The notes under the pieces were generated by a model. It saw nothing but the letters and a program-made list of their open reading frames with translations. It ran no database searches and was not told the origin of the DNA. A stretch of 64,000 nt of DNA from Promethearchaeia archaeon (lineage in GTDB: Archaea > Asgardarchaeota > Lokiarchaeia > Sigyniarchaeales > SOKP01), in the NCBI GenBank assembly GCA_029856145.1, contig JAHQWK010000001.1:256001-320000 (forward strand), given 5' to 3'. Shown piece by piece: positions 1 to 11,200 of the stretch (positions are counted from its first letter, which is position 1; each line of letters begins with the position of its first letter). The position numbers and the translations under genes are program-made.

Positions 1-1
1 C

Positions 2-1321
2 TTCATCAAGTTTTCCAATATCACCTGTTAAAACCCATTCTCCTTTCAATTGACCTGCAGTTTCTTCTGGTTTGTTCCAATACCCTTTAAAAACTTGAGG
101 CCCTTTAATCATTATTTCTCCTGCCTCACCCATAGGAACGATCTTAGTATAATCATCAATATCTACAATCTTTACTTCCGTATCTGGAAATGCTAATCCA
201 ACGGAACCAACTTTTCTGAGGCCATTTACAGGATTACTATGGGTTACTGGTGATGTTTCAGTCATACCAAAACCTTCAATAATTTTGCCTCCAGTTCTTT
301 CTTCGAATTCTTTAAGAACTTCAGGTGGCATTGGTGCTGCACCTGTATTACATACTCGTATTGATTTTAGGTATTTAGCATAATCTTCAATATCATCTCT
401 TTCTAAGAGACGCATATACATGGTTGGTACACCAGGAAAATACGAAGGGTTTGTTGCTTTAATAATTTCAAAAAGAGATTTTTGATCTCTTGCGTCAGGA
501 TTCAATGCTAATGTAGATCCGGAATATATTTGAGTATTCATACATACTGTCATACCATATATATGAAATAAAGGCAAATTAGTAAGCATCGTTTCTTTGC
601 CTCTCTTTATGTCAGGTCCTACCCAAGTAGCAGTTGCAATACTATTTGAAACGATATTATAATGAGTCAACATAGCTCCTTTAGGTAAGCCAGTTGTTCC
701 TCCGGTGTATTGCAATATTGCGATATCCTCTTTTGCATTAATTTCAAAATCTTGAATATTTGGTTTAGTTTTCTCAATTATATTTAGGAATTGTATTGTT
801 CCAACGATTTCCGGTGGATTTTTTGAACCCATTGGAGCATAATCAAAGACATTAGTAATAATAATATGTCTTAATTTCGTTCGGTCTTTGATCTTATTAA
901 TTTTATCAAGTTGAGAATCCCATGCTATTATTATTTCTACACCAGAATCATTAAGTTGATAAGCTAATTCGTGTTCTGTATGTAGCACACTACAAGCTGT
1001 GACAATTCCACCTGCTTTCAGAATACCATAAAAACTGAATAGAAATTGTGGAAAATTTGGGATCATTATAGCTACAACATCTCCTCTCTTTACTCCTAGG
1101 TCCACTAAAGCTGTTGCTAATCTATCTGCAATATCCTTGAATTTTTTATAGGAAATCTTATTCTTCATGAACCAAATTGCTGTTTTACTACTAAATTCTT
1201 CAACGGTATTGTCTAATAATTTATATACATTCATTTCAGGATATTCAATATGCTCTGGAACACCCTTATCATAATGTTTTACCCAAGGTTTTGCTGCATA
1301 TGGATTTTCAGTTTCATTCAT
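2..1321 (-). CDS. fadD: Long-chain fatty-acid--CoA ligase (partial, runs off the window start)
   Basis: Manual translation from ATG at 1321: MNETENPYAAKPWVKHYDKGVPEHIEYPEM; AMP-binding motif ILQYTGGTTGLPKGAMLTH, plus EGFGMTE and GEIMIKGPQVFKGYW. Absent from the ORF track because there is no stop in the window. Confidence 0.93.
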   Translation of the reverse strand, partial: MNETENPYAAKPWVKHYDKGVPEHIEYPEMNVYKLLDNTVEEFSSKTAIWFMKNKISYKKFKDIADRLATALVDLGVKRGDVVAIMIPNFPQFLFSFYGILKAGGIVTACSVLHTEHELAYQLNDSGVEIIIAWDSQLDKINKIKDRTKLRHIIITNVFDYAPMGSKNPPEIVGTIQFLNIIEKTKPNIQDFEINAKEDIAILQYTGGTTGLPKGAMLTHYNIVSNSIATATWVGPDIKRGKETMLTNLPLFHIYGMTVCMNTQIYSGSTLALNPDARDQKSLFEIIKATNPSYFPGVPTMYMRLLERDDIEDYAKYLKSIRVCNTGAAPMPPEVLKEFEERTGGKIIEGFGMTETSPVTHSNPVNGLRKVGSVGLAFPDTEVKIVDIDDYTKIVPMGEAGEIMIKGPQVFKGYWNKPEETAGQLKGEWVLTGDIGKLDE

Positions 1322-1524
1322 TTTTACTATTAACTCAAACTTATATTTCTCATTATATAATTAATATATATTATCTTTATATGCTAATAAATGTTTAATT
1401 GTTGTAATATAACTATTTTTTGTACATAAAATTAAAGAAATCAAAAATTCTAAGTTTTATCATAATTAAATTCTTCAAATTTAAAATTGAAGTCTATTCT
1501 GGAAAAAATTTGAAGTGAATTGAT

Positions 1525-2868
1525 TTAACTCACTCCTAATCTCTCTAATGAATCAAGAGCAATTGTAACTACAAGATCAGATTTATCTTCTAATAATTTC
1601 TTTAAAGAGGGAATAACATTTGGATCATCTGGTTTAATTTTAGCTAACGCCTCAGCAGCTCGCCATCTAATTTCTGCCCTCTTATCATTTAGAGCATTAA
1701 CCAATTCAGTACTAACTTTTGAAGCTGAAATTCCAATTTTTCCTAATGCAATAGCCGCTTCACTGCGAACTCTTAATTTTTGGTCGTTCAAAGCTTCTGC
1801 TAATGCAAAAACGGAATCACTAGCTACTGATCCAAGATTTCCTAGGGCTCTTGCAGTTTCAACACGTACAATAGTCTTAGGATACTTTAACATTTTAATA
1901 ATTTCTGGAATAGCTTCTAATGCATCATCTCCCATTTTTCCCATAGCCCAAACTACCAAACTGACTACATTTTTATTAGGATGGTTTAAAGCTTCGATTA
2001 ACGTTTTTATTGCTGGTTTTCCAATACTTCTTATGGCATCAGCAGCTCTACCTCTTATTCCTTTTTTCCTATCGTCAAGAGCTAAGGTTAATTTTTCTAA
2101 TATTTCAGAATCTGCAAGTTTCATCTCTCCAAATGCTTCTATGATGCTTTTTCTTACAATAGGGGAATAATGCTCAATATAAATCAAAAGGGTAGGAACT
2201 GCATTTGATCCCATTTCACTTAGGGTATATATTACAGCTTTTCTTACTCTCCAATCTTTATCTTCTAATGCTTTTAGTAGAACAGGTAAAGCATTTAATG
2301 CATCCTTACCTACTTGTGCTAAAGTATTAACTGCAGCTGTTCTGACTGCCCAACTATAATCTTTAATTGCATTTATCAATGCTGGAATTGCTATATATGC
2401 TTCAGATTTAAAATAACCCAAGGAATTAGCTGCCTCTGTTCTAACTTCTTCATTTTTGTCTTTTAAGGCAGTAATTAAAGCTGAAATTGCTTCATCGCTA
2501 ATAAATCCGATTTTTCCTAGAGAAATTACAACTTCTATACGAATCGAAACTTCATCATCTTTAACTAGCTTTGATAATTCCGAAATTGCATTTTCCGCGA
2601 CATTTCCCATTTTTCCTAAAGTCCTTACTGTTTCTCGACATATACTCCAATCATTATCTGCTAAGCATTCAATTAATTCTGAAAGAGCAGATTCAGATTT
2701 TTTCCCTAATTCACCTAAGACTAAAATAGCATTGAATTTAATTGATCTAATATCGCTATTTAATTGTTCTATTATATCATTAATTACATTTGGATCTTTC
2801 TCAACTCTAGCTAAAACCAAATCAATTCTTGCATCCCTTAATAATTTTTCTAACGACGCTGAAATCAT
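1525..2868 (-). CDS. HEAT-repeat (PBS-lyase HEAT-like) solenoid protein
   Basis: About 12-13 repeats of ~31-33 aa, e.g. ALKDKNEEVRTEAANSLG and ALEDKDWRVRKAVIYTLS; GGTGA SD at 2872-2876; 8 nt downstream of livF. Confidence 0.9.
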   Translation of the reverse strand: MISASLEKLLRDARIDLVLARVEKDPNVINDIIEQLNSDIRSIKFNAILVLGELGKKSESALSELIECLADNDWSICRETVRTLGKMGNVAENAISELSKLVKDDEVSIRIEVVISLGKIGFISDEAISALITALKDKNEEVRTEAANSLGYFKSEAYIAIPALINAIKDYSWAVRTAAVNTLAQVGKDALNALPVLLKALEDKDWRVRKAVIYTLSEMGSNAVPTLLIYIEHYSPIVRKSIIEAFGEMKLADSEILEKLTLALDDRKKGIRGRAADAIRSIGKPAIKTLIEALNHPNKNVVSLVVWAMGKMGDDALEAIPEIIKMLKYPKTIVRVETARALGNLGSVASDSVFALAEALNDQKLRVRSEAAIALGKIGISASKVSTELVNALNDKRAEIRWRAAEALAKIKPDDPNVIPSLKKLLEDKSDLVVTIALDSLERLGVS

Positions 2869-2876
2869 AAATCACC

Positions 2877-3617
2877 CTATATACCTAAATAGATTTTTCT
2901 AATTCTCGGTTCTTTTTCGAGTTCTTCTTTTGTTCCTCTCATCTCAATTTTTCCTTCTTCTAACACATGAAGATATTGAGCAATATCAAAAGCAAGCACT
3001 GCATCTTGTTCAACTAAAAGTGTAGTGGTTCCTTTATTTTTAATATGATTAATTGCTTCGAATATTTTCTTTTTGAATAATGGAGCAAGACCTAATGAAG
3101 GTTCATCAAGTAAAAGAACCGAAGGATCTGATACAATTGATCGAGCTAGAGCTAACATTTGTTGTTCACCTCCACTGAGTGTTCCTGCCCTCTGCTTTTT
3201 TCTTTCTTTAAGCCGTGGAAAGAGTTCAAAAATATAGTCTAAAAGTTCTTTATATTTTTTTCTATCTTTTAGTGAATAAGCACCCATTTCAATATTTTCC
3301 ATTACAGTCATATCATAGAAAAGTCTACGACGTTCAGGACAATGCGCAATTCCCATTCTAGCTATCTTATATGCATCAAGTTCATCTATTCGCTCACCTC
3401 TGAATAAGATTTTACCTCTATCTATTTCCTCCAAACCTGAAATCACTCGAAGGAGTGTAGTTTTTCCTGCTCCATTTGGTCCGATAACGGCTTCAAGGCT
3501 TTGCTTTTCAAGCTTTAGATTGAGTTCTTCAAGAGCTTTAGCTTTACCATAATAATGGTATACTTTCTTAAGTTCAATAGAATCTTCTGATTCTTCATTA
3601 ATCTCATTATTTTTCAT
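2877..3617 (-). CDS. livF: Branched-chain amino acid-type ABC ATPase LivF
   Basis: GPNGAGKTT, LSGGEQQMLA, LLLDEPSLGLAP, LLVEQ. Confidence 0.93.
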   Translation of the reverse strand: MKNNEINEESEDSIELKKVYHYYGKAKALEELNLKLEKQSLEAVIGPNGAGKTTLLRVISGLEEIDRGKILFRGERIDELDAYKIARMGIAHCPERRRLFYDMTVMENIEMGAYSLKDRKKYKELLDYIFELFPRLKERKKQRAGTLSGGEQQMLALARSIVSDPSVLLLDEPSLGLAPLFKKKIFEAINHIKNKGTTTLLVEQDAVLAFDIAQYLHVLEEGKIEMRGTKEELEKEPRIRKIYLGI

Positions 3618-4350
3618 TATTTTGACCTCTTCCTAAATATGCTTCATGTACAATTTTTTCTTCAACTACTTCTTGAGGAGGACCATCAGCAATTAATTTC
3701 CCTTGATGCATTACAAGTACTCTCGGTACTAGTGCCATTAATTCCCTTAATACATGACCAGCAATAATAATTGTATAACCTTCATTATGTAATTTTTGAA
3801 TTAAATCGACAATCACCATTTGTTCTTCATAAGACAATCCACTAAACGGCTCATCAAGAAGCAATAATTCTGGATTTGAAGCAATTGCCCTAGCAATCTC
3901 AAGTTTTTTCAGATCACCAAAAGGTAGAATTATAGGGGGAATTCGAGCTCTATCTATCAAACCAACAGAAGTAAGTATAGTACTAGCCATTTGATTAACC
4001 CCGAAATCCTCACTTATTGCTTTTCCTCTTGGAGACATACATCCTACAATGACATTATCTAAACAAGTTAAAAATTTTAGTGGTCTTACTATTTGAAAAG
4101 TCCTTGTAATACCATATTTGACTCGTTTGTATATACTAAATCTTGTAATGTTCACACCATCAAACCAAATAGTACCTCGATTCAAATTTTCAAATCCAGA
4201 TATTAAATTAAATAGAGTTGTTTTACCAGCTCCATTTGGGCCAATTAAACCAACAAGAGACCCACGTTCAATATCAAAACTCACATCATTTACAGCAGTT
4301 AATCCACCAAACCTTTTGGTTATATTTTTTACTTGTAAAATAACACCCAT
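3607..4350 (-). CDS. livG: Branched-chain amino acid-type ABC ATPase LivG
   Basis: KRFGGLTAV, GPNGAGKTT, RTFQ, LLLLDEP, EAYLG; overlaps the livF start. Confidence 0.92.
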   Translation of the reverse strand: MGVILQVKNITKRFGGLTAVNDVSFDIERGSLVGLIGPNGAGKTTLFNLISGFENLNRGTIWFDGVNITRFSIYKRVKYGITRTFQIVRPLKFLTCLDNVIVGCMSPRGKAISEDFGVNQMASTILTSVGLIDRARIPPIILPFGDLKKLEIARAIASNPELLLLDEPFSGLSYEEQMVIVDLIQKLHNEGYTIIIAGHVLRELMALVPRVLVMHQGKLIADGPPQEVVEEKIVHEAYLGRGQNNEK

Positions 4351-4384
4351 AGTTTATCTACCTCTAAATTAATTGAAATTTTAT

Positions 4385-5542
4385 TTATTTGCCTAGTAAT
4401 AAATCCCATAAATTTTTTGATTGCTCTATAGCTGGAGTCATTAACCCACGTTCAGTAAATCTCACTACCAATAATAATATTATAGCGAATATAAATACAG
4501 AAATATTAGTAAACAAATCGCTGAAAGCTGGTAAGAAAGTTGATATTACTTCTTCTAGAATTTGAATTAAAACAATAAAGAAATAAGCCCCAAAAACAGC
4601 ACCAGAAATCAGTGCTATACCTCCTATACATGCCATAATAACGGGATAAAATGAGTAATTGAGCGAATAAATTTCTGGGGCTACTTTTGTTTGATCAAGG
4701 ATATATATACTACCTGCTATTCCTGCAAAAAAAGCACTAATCATAAACGCATATATCTTGTACTTAGTAACATTAATTCCAGATGCTTCTGTTGATTTCT
4801 CATCATCACGTATAGCTTGGAATATAGTGCCCAGCCTTGAATTATATACCGCAAGCATTATGGCTATTGAGACAATCATAATTAATAATACAAATATAAA
4901 TCGCAATCTAATATCTATAAACAAAAAATCCAGAATCGGTGGAATTCCTTCCCCTCCGTAGAATATAAATCTTAAAGAACTCATACTAAATAGTAGACTC
5001 AATAATAAACTAAATGTCAATGTGCCAAGTGCGAAATAGGGGCCTCTAAATCTAAGACATGGAATTGCTATTAATAATCCAAACACAACCGCATAAACTC
5101 CTCCCAACATTACTGCCCAGAACCAATTTAAATTATTAAAATAAACCCATGCACCACATGCATAAGCTCCAATCCCCCAAAACGCAGCATGCCCGAAACT
5201 CACTTGTCCGGTGACTCCAGATAGTAAATCCCAACTAGCAGCATAGATTGCATAGATCATAGCAAGCATGAACATTCGAAAATATAAAGCTTCATTTAAA
5301 ATAAGGGGGATAAAAGAAACTAGAATTAAACACATTAGAATTATTACTCCCCTGAATGATGTTACCCAAGATTTGAAATTACTCTGAGAAGCTGGAATTT
5401 GATATTTTACAAATAATTTAAATTTTTTAGCGATTCTATGAGTAAAGTTCTTAATTGGCGCCCCAATGGGTCTTTTAGTCTTAACAGATTCGATTTCATT
5501 ATCTAAAGCTTGTTCTACTAATTTTTCTTCTTTTTCAATCAT
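4385..5542 (-). CDS. livM: ABC permease LivM
   Basis: GQVSFGHAAFWGIGAY, LRFRGPYFALGTL, AIRDDE..GIN. Confidence 0.92.
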   Translation of the reverse strand: MIEKEEKLVEQALDNEIESVKTKRPIGAPIKNFTHRIAKKFKLFVKYQIPASQSNFKSWVTSFRGVIILMCLILVSFIPLILNEALYFRMFMLAMIYAIYAASWDLLSGVTGQVSFGHAAFWGIGAYACGAWVYFNNLNWFWAVMLGGVYAVVFGLLIAIPCLRFRGPYFALGTLTFSLLLSLLFSMSSLRFIFYGGEGIPPILDFLFIDIRLRFIFVLLIMIVSIAIMLAVYNSRLGTIFQAIRDDEKSTEASGINVTKYKIYAFMISAFFAGIAGSIYILDQTKVAPEIYSLNYSFYPVIMACIGGIALISGAVFGAYFFIVLIQILEEVISTFLPAFSDLFTNISVFIFAIILLLVVRFTERGLMTPAIEQSKNLWDLLLGK

Positions 5543-5582
5543 TTATAAATCACAAATTGAATTTTTATTATTCTTTAATATA

Positions 5583-6473
5583 TTACACTCTTTCTTTCTT
5601 TCCTAGAAGACCTCTAGGTCTAATTATCAATACTAAAAGGATTATCCCTAGATGGATTATACCAGTAAACTGAAATCCGAATTGGAGATCAATATATATA
5701 AATGTAAAACTTCGTGCATAAGAAATTATAAAGGCGCCTATAACACTTCCTGGAAGACTTCCCATACCGCCTAGAATCACAACAGACATAGATAATAATA
5801 GATATTCCCAACCAGAATATGGAACTACAACTGTTTGGGGAACATATAACATAGCTGCACATCCTGCTAATAAAGCAGAAAAAGCTACAGTTACCATTAG
5901 AATTCTATTAACATTTATTCCCATTAATTGAGCAGCATCTTTATCTTGAGATACTGCTCTAATTGATTTACCCAATTTTGATTTTTTAATAAAAAGGATT
6001 AAAAGCGTTAAAATACATATCGCCGTAATTATAATAAGCAAATCTTGATAAAATACATTTACTCCAAAAACTTCAAAACTACCAGAAATAAATGGTTCAA
6101 TTGTTATCGCTTGTAGTTCACCAACTTTTGCACTTTCATAAAGCAATATTCCTTGTTCTATGAAAAATGCTAAAGCAAACGTAACAATCATAACGGCAAT
6201 TTCACTATGCTCGTGAGTCGGCTTTATTAAAGCATAATATGTTACGGCCCCCACGATTGTAATTAGGATTAATCCAACTACAATTGCTAATGGATATACT
6301 AAAATTCCGCCTTCAATAAACCAAAATATCATATATGCTGTTAAAAGATAAAAAGCACCATGTGCTAAATTAATAACTCCACCAACACCATAGACTAATG
6401 AATATCCACTTGAAAGTAAAGCTAACATTGAGCCAAAAACAGCACCACTTATTAAAAATTGGATAAATGACAT
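5583..6473 (-). CDS. livH: ABC permease LivH
   Basis: GVINLAHG, GKSIRAVSQD..AAQLMGIN, VILGGMGS, RPRGLLG. Confidence 0.92.
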   Translation of the reverse strand: MSFIQFLISGAVFGSMLALLSSGYSLVYGVGGVINLAHGAFYLLTAYMIFWFIEGGILVYPLAIVVGLILITIVGAVTYYALIKPTHEHSEIAVMIVTFALAFFIEQGILLYESAKVGELQAITIEPFISGSFEVFGVNVFYQDLLIIITAICILTLLILFIKKSKLGKSIRAVSQDKDAAQLMGINVNRILMVTVAFSALLAGCAAMLYVPQTVVVPYSGWEYLLLSMSVVILGGMGSLPGSVIGAFIISYARSFTFIYIDLQFGFQFTGIIHLGIILLVLIIRPRGLLGKKERV

Positions 6474-6584
6474 ATTTAATTAGTCTCCATTTATTTTTTT
6501 ATGATATGATTTTGAAAATTATAGAATAAAAAAAAATATTTAATTTAAAATTATTGTTTTTGATTATGCTTTTTCTTGAGGTAC

Positions 6585-8009
6585 TTACCACCACGGAGGA
6601 AATATCAAATGTGATTTCGAAGCTAAAGGGACATAGTTTGCCCAAGGATATAACCCTCCTGAGGGAATAAGCGGTAGCGATCCATCCGGATGATATTGTC
6701 TGAAAGGAGCAGAGAAGAAACCATCACGTATTCCAGGTATAGTTTGAAGTACATCATGATTTGCATCAAAACCAATTAAAGCTCCAATTCCAGGGTATGG
6801 ATTTGCTTCATCAAATGCTTCTAGACCTGCCACAATATCTGTATTTATTAAGGATTGTTCATTGGTTATTGCTGTAACTAAAAGATTTACGGCATCGCTT
6901 CCTCCAAGACCAGTATAAATTGGTTCAAATCCCCATGTACCGGTAAAATTATCATACCACTCTAATGTTCTTACTGTCATGTTAACCTTCGCAATACCAT
7001 GGATGGTGACTTCATAAACACTTTGTCCTGATGTACTTGGCCAATAATAACTCGTCTGAGCGGCTACATTTATTCCTGCGACAAGGGCATTTGGTTGAGT
7101 AATGTTATAGAAACTACCGAAATAAAATCCATAGTAAATATCAGAAATTATTGGGATAATCAATTGAGTTCCATCTGCAGCCATAGTACCCCATAATCCT
7201 GCAAATTCTGCAGGTGTCCAAGCAGTAAGGCCTGTTCTTTTTGGGATTTTTTGAGTAGTTATATTTGCTGCCCCTAAATAGTTTGGAAATGACGCATTAA
7301 GGGTATCCAATAATGCTTCTTTTATATCTTCTGTCCAAATAAGGTCTTCGTAAACGATCCACGCATTGTCTACATTAAACCCTTGGTGGTCTGTAATATT
7401 TGGAATAATATAATTACTTAATATATAACCTAGATGTTCTCCTAAATGATCAGAATTGATTGGCATACACCTAAATAACCACTGATAAAAGGCTCTTGTA
7501 TAGGGATCTCCAAGCCATTCTTGACAGAATTTTGGAGAGGCCGTCCCAGTTATCATAAATGGGATATCAGCTTCCATAATTCTTGATATATAAATTTCAA
7601 ATGTTTCAGAACGAAAACCTCCTAAACAAGCGTCAGGGTCATAACTGACCATTTTTATTGCAGCAGCAAGAGCAGCTTCATTATCATATGAAGCCTCTTT
7701 AGTATCTTCTTTCACAAGACCGACATAATACATCGTTCCATTAATATCTACTCCTCCTGCTAGATTAATATCTCTAGCAGCCATCCAAGCTCCACGCCAA
7801 CTATAAACACCTGTTTGAGCCATATCATCAAGAACTCCAATCTTAATCGTTTGAGCAAGAGGCATTTTTTCATCACCTAATCCGGGATATTCATAGGGAT
7901 TAACTGTAGCTTCTGGAGCAGCAAGAAAGAACCACGCTCCAACCCCGATGCCCGTTCCTATGACAGCAATAAGTACAATCGCTAAAATTCTTTTTGTCAT
8001 TTGTTCCAT
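6585..8009 (-). CDS. Membrane-anchored ABC substrate-binding protein (LivK-like)
   Basis: N-terminal TM anchor, IKIGVL, AARDINLAGGV, WLFR; first gene of the liv cluster; many N-x-S/T sequons. Confidence 0.88.
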   Translation of the reverse strand: MEQMTKRILAIVLIAVIGTGIGVGAWFFLAAPEATVNPYEYPGLGDEKMPLAQTIKIGVLDDMAQTGVYSWRGAWMAARDINLAGGVDINGTMYYVGLVKEDTKEASYDNEAALAAAIKMVSYDPDACLGGFRSETFEIYISRIMEADIPFMITGTASPKFCQEWLGDPYTRAFYQWLFRCMPINSDHLGEHLGYILSNYIIPNITDHQGFNVDNAWIVYEDLIWTEDIKEALLDTLNASFPNYLGAANITTQKIPKRTGLTAWTPAEFAGLWGTMAADGTQLIIPIISDIYYGFYFGSFYNITQPNALVAGINVAAQTSYYWPSTSGQSVYEVTIHGIAKVNMTVRTLEWYDNFTGTWGFEPIYTGLGGSDAVNLLVTAITNEQSLINTDIVAGLEAFDEANPYPGIGALIGFDANHDVLQTIPGIRDGFFSAPFRQYHPDGSLPLIPSGGLYPWANYVPLASKSHLIFPPWW

Positions 8010-8207
8010 TTATTAGATCACTTCTTTTTTAATTTTTTTTAATTTAATATGTATGTTTATTTTTAAATTTACAATAATTAGTTCATTTTAACATATATTT
8101 AAACTTTTCAACTTTTCATATTCGAAATCAGCTGATGATAACAAAAATGTGTTAAAATTAGTAACAAAAAGTAGTTATATAATAATCTAGTTAAGATCTC
8201 TAGTTTT

Positions 8208-11200
8208 TTATAAGACGAAATTAATAATTATCTGAATAGCTACTATTATTCCTAAAACTATAAGAACAATAATCAAGATAATAAGTGTATAAAATCTCCA
8301 CTTAATTGAAATATTTTCACTTCTTTCTTTAAATCTTATATAGGGTAATAATATTACTCCAATAATCCAAATTGATATCCAAATGGTGAAAACATACCAA
8401 ACTGGTGTTATAACAGTAAATAAAAGCGTAATAATACTACCCCAACTGATAATTAGTCGATACATTCGACGTCTAAACATTACATTGACATCATCAGATT
8501 TTTTGGAGGGGATAAGAGAGTATAGTATTCCAAAAATAGGAAATATTAGAAGGATTGAATAGGTCCAATCTAAATAATTAAACATAGCCGGTGATAAGGA
8601 GATACCAATTAAAGCAGCTATGAAAATGCTAAATACTATCCAGAGCGATTTATAATATATCTTTATAAAGTGGTAGATTTTAATGAACATATTCTTAATT
8701 GCTAATTTAAGAGATCTAAAGAATTTTGAAAGAAAATCAATAAAATTATTGATAAATCGTTTTAATTCTTCTAAAAGAAAGATAAATGGATAAAGTAAAA
8801 TTCCAAAGCTAAGAACTGTAATACCTAAACCTACGAAAGAAACGCGATAGACTATTAAAAATAATAAAATAAATATCACTAACCAAAACAGAAACGCGAT
8901 AGATGCGAAAGATGAATGTTTTTTGAATGGTTTTAAATGAATTGCTAAAAATATTACAAAAATTAACGAACTACTACTTAAATTTAAAATTAAATCAAAG
9001 TTTGGAATTCCTCCTAATATTAAAAATGAATCAATAGATAATAAGGCGCCAATTATTAGAAATGAGGAAGATCTCAAGGATTTTCGTAATTTTTCATTGA
9101 GCATTTTATCCAATAGAGTTATTAAAAACATGATGATAAAAGAAGCTAACACTAAATTAAGATTGGCAAATTGATCCAAACTAGAGAAATATAAAGGCCA
9201 TGTTATGAAATTGAGATATGAAATTATTATCAAACCAGACTTGATTTTCTTTTTATAGGTATCAACAATTTTCCAAAAAGCTAATAATTTAAAAAGGTAA
9301 GCAAACTCAAGAATCAGTATAATAATGATAAAAGGAATTACTGTAAAAAAGAAAGCTATAAAATAAGTACTGTAAATCCATATTAAGTAAGTTGATGTAA
9401 ATATCATAATCAAAATCCAAGAAATTGATTTGATATAATCAGTAATTTTTCCTAAGAATTTGAATAGAAAGCTATCTATAATCATTAATACATGGATTAC
9501 AAGGCTTAAAATCAATAAAATCAATTGGACATTAAACCCTTGCAATGTTAATGGTTGTATTATAGAAAAACATAATGTAGCATAAAAACCCATACCTAAA
9601 AGTCGGTGAATATATGTTTGAGCCTTATTATAAACATCTTTTTTATCAGGGAAAAATAATTTTAATGCTTTAAAGAAAGAATAATTTGTATAAAATTGCA
9701 TTAGTAGAAAAATGAAAATTTCTAAACTAAATAAGAAGGGATATTGAAATACAAGATTGTGTAAAAATAGAAATAAATTTAACGACAATATAAAATAACT
9801 AATAGTATGAACTAAACTTGCATAACTTTTCTTTACTTTTTTTATAGAATAAATATCTAATAATGTCAAAACAAATAATATTGACAGAGCTACCATGATA
9901 CTTTCAAAAATTCCTATAAATGTATTCACTAAACCATAGATCAAGATACTTATTTCAAAATATAGTATCAATACCATTAATGAATGCATTTTTAGCAGAA
10001 AGTTTGGATATTTTTGCTGTGCTATAATTGTATTAAAATATTTTATAGATACGAATGAAAGGCATATTTCTATAAAAATCATTGAATTAATTGAAATGAA
10101 ATTTAAAAAGCCAAACAATATGAAGATGTAAATCAAGTTAATGGCCAATAATCCTTGAAATACGATGAAAAGAATAAATTCGATCCTATTTTTTATATTT
10201 TTTTCAATTTTAACGAAAATAAGACTTAAAACATACAATAAGAGTGATGAATTTTGGAATAACAATAAAAAGTATCCAAATCCTCTTAATTGGTCAAAAA
10301 TAAGTATCAATCCATCAGAAATTAAAGATGCTAGAAAAAAAGAACTCCAAATAAATGAATTATAAATAAGTAATAACCGAAGCTTTGAAATAGTTTCTTT
10401 TGAAATATCCATATGAGATAAGAAATGTAGAGAAATAAGATTTAAAACTGAAAACATCAATACTAAGAGGAAAATGTTTAAATGAAACAAAAATATAAAT
10501 AAAGACAATGTATTACAGAAAATAAACCAAGACCATAGTATAAATTTGTTTCGGGTTGAAGTAATTAAAAAATTAAATATATTCTGATCAATAAATGCAA
10601 CTTCAATAAAAACTACAGCACTTATGGCTAATAGAACCAAATAAGTTGAAATTACTAAATTGGCATTAATAAAAACAAAATATAGAAAAATATTGATACC
10701 CAAAGCTATAGGAATAAAAAGATATAAAATACAACTTAAGATGTTGAAATAACGTAATAGATCCTTTATCTTTAAGTCTAACTCCGATTTTTTTACATAT
10801 TTCATACAAATTAAGAATAAAAATGGCCAGATTATTAGAAAATCACAAATCTGATAAATTAATAAAATATCAGTGAATAATATCTGCATAAATAAATTTG
10901 GTAAAATAATTGCAAGAAATAGAGATATACAAACTGAATTTATTAGAAAACATGCAAAATTGAGCCATTTCAATTGATTTTTATCCTGATAAAGTTTAAA
11001 CATACTATTTTTAATTTCAGCTGTGTCATCTTTTACAGAACTCTTGAATATATTAATTAGAATTTGAAAAGTAATAAGATAAAGCATTGGCCAGGTTAAA
11101 AAGGCAAAAATCCAATTAGGGTAAATTATGTCAAGTGTTAATAACCATTCTAAAATAGGAGAAATTATAGGGATTGGAATAGCAAACCAAAGGATATATC

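Noticed and set aside
1525-2868. HEAT protein as an importin homologue recognising the PolB1 NLS-like motif
   Set aside because: Repeats are the short PBS-lyase type common in prokaryotes; nothing links the two genes.
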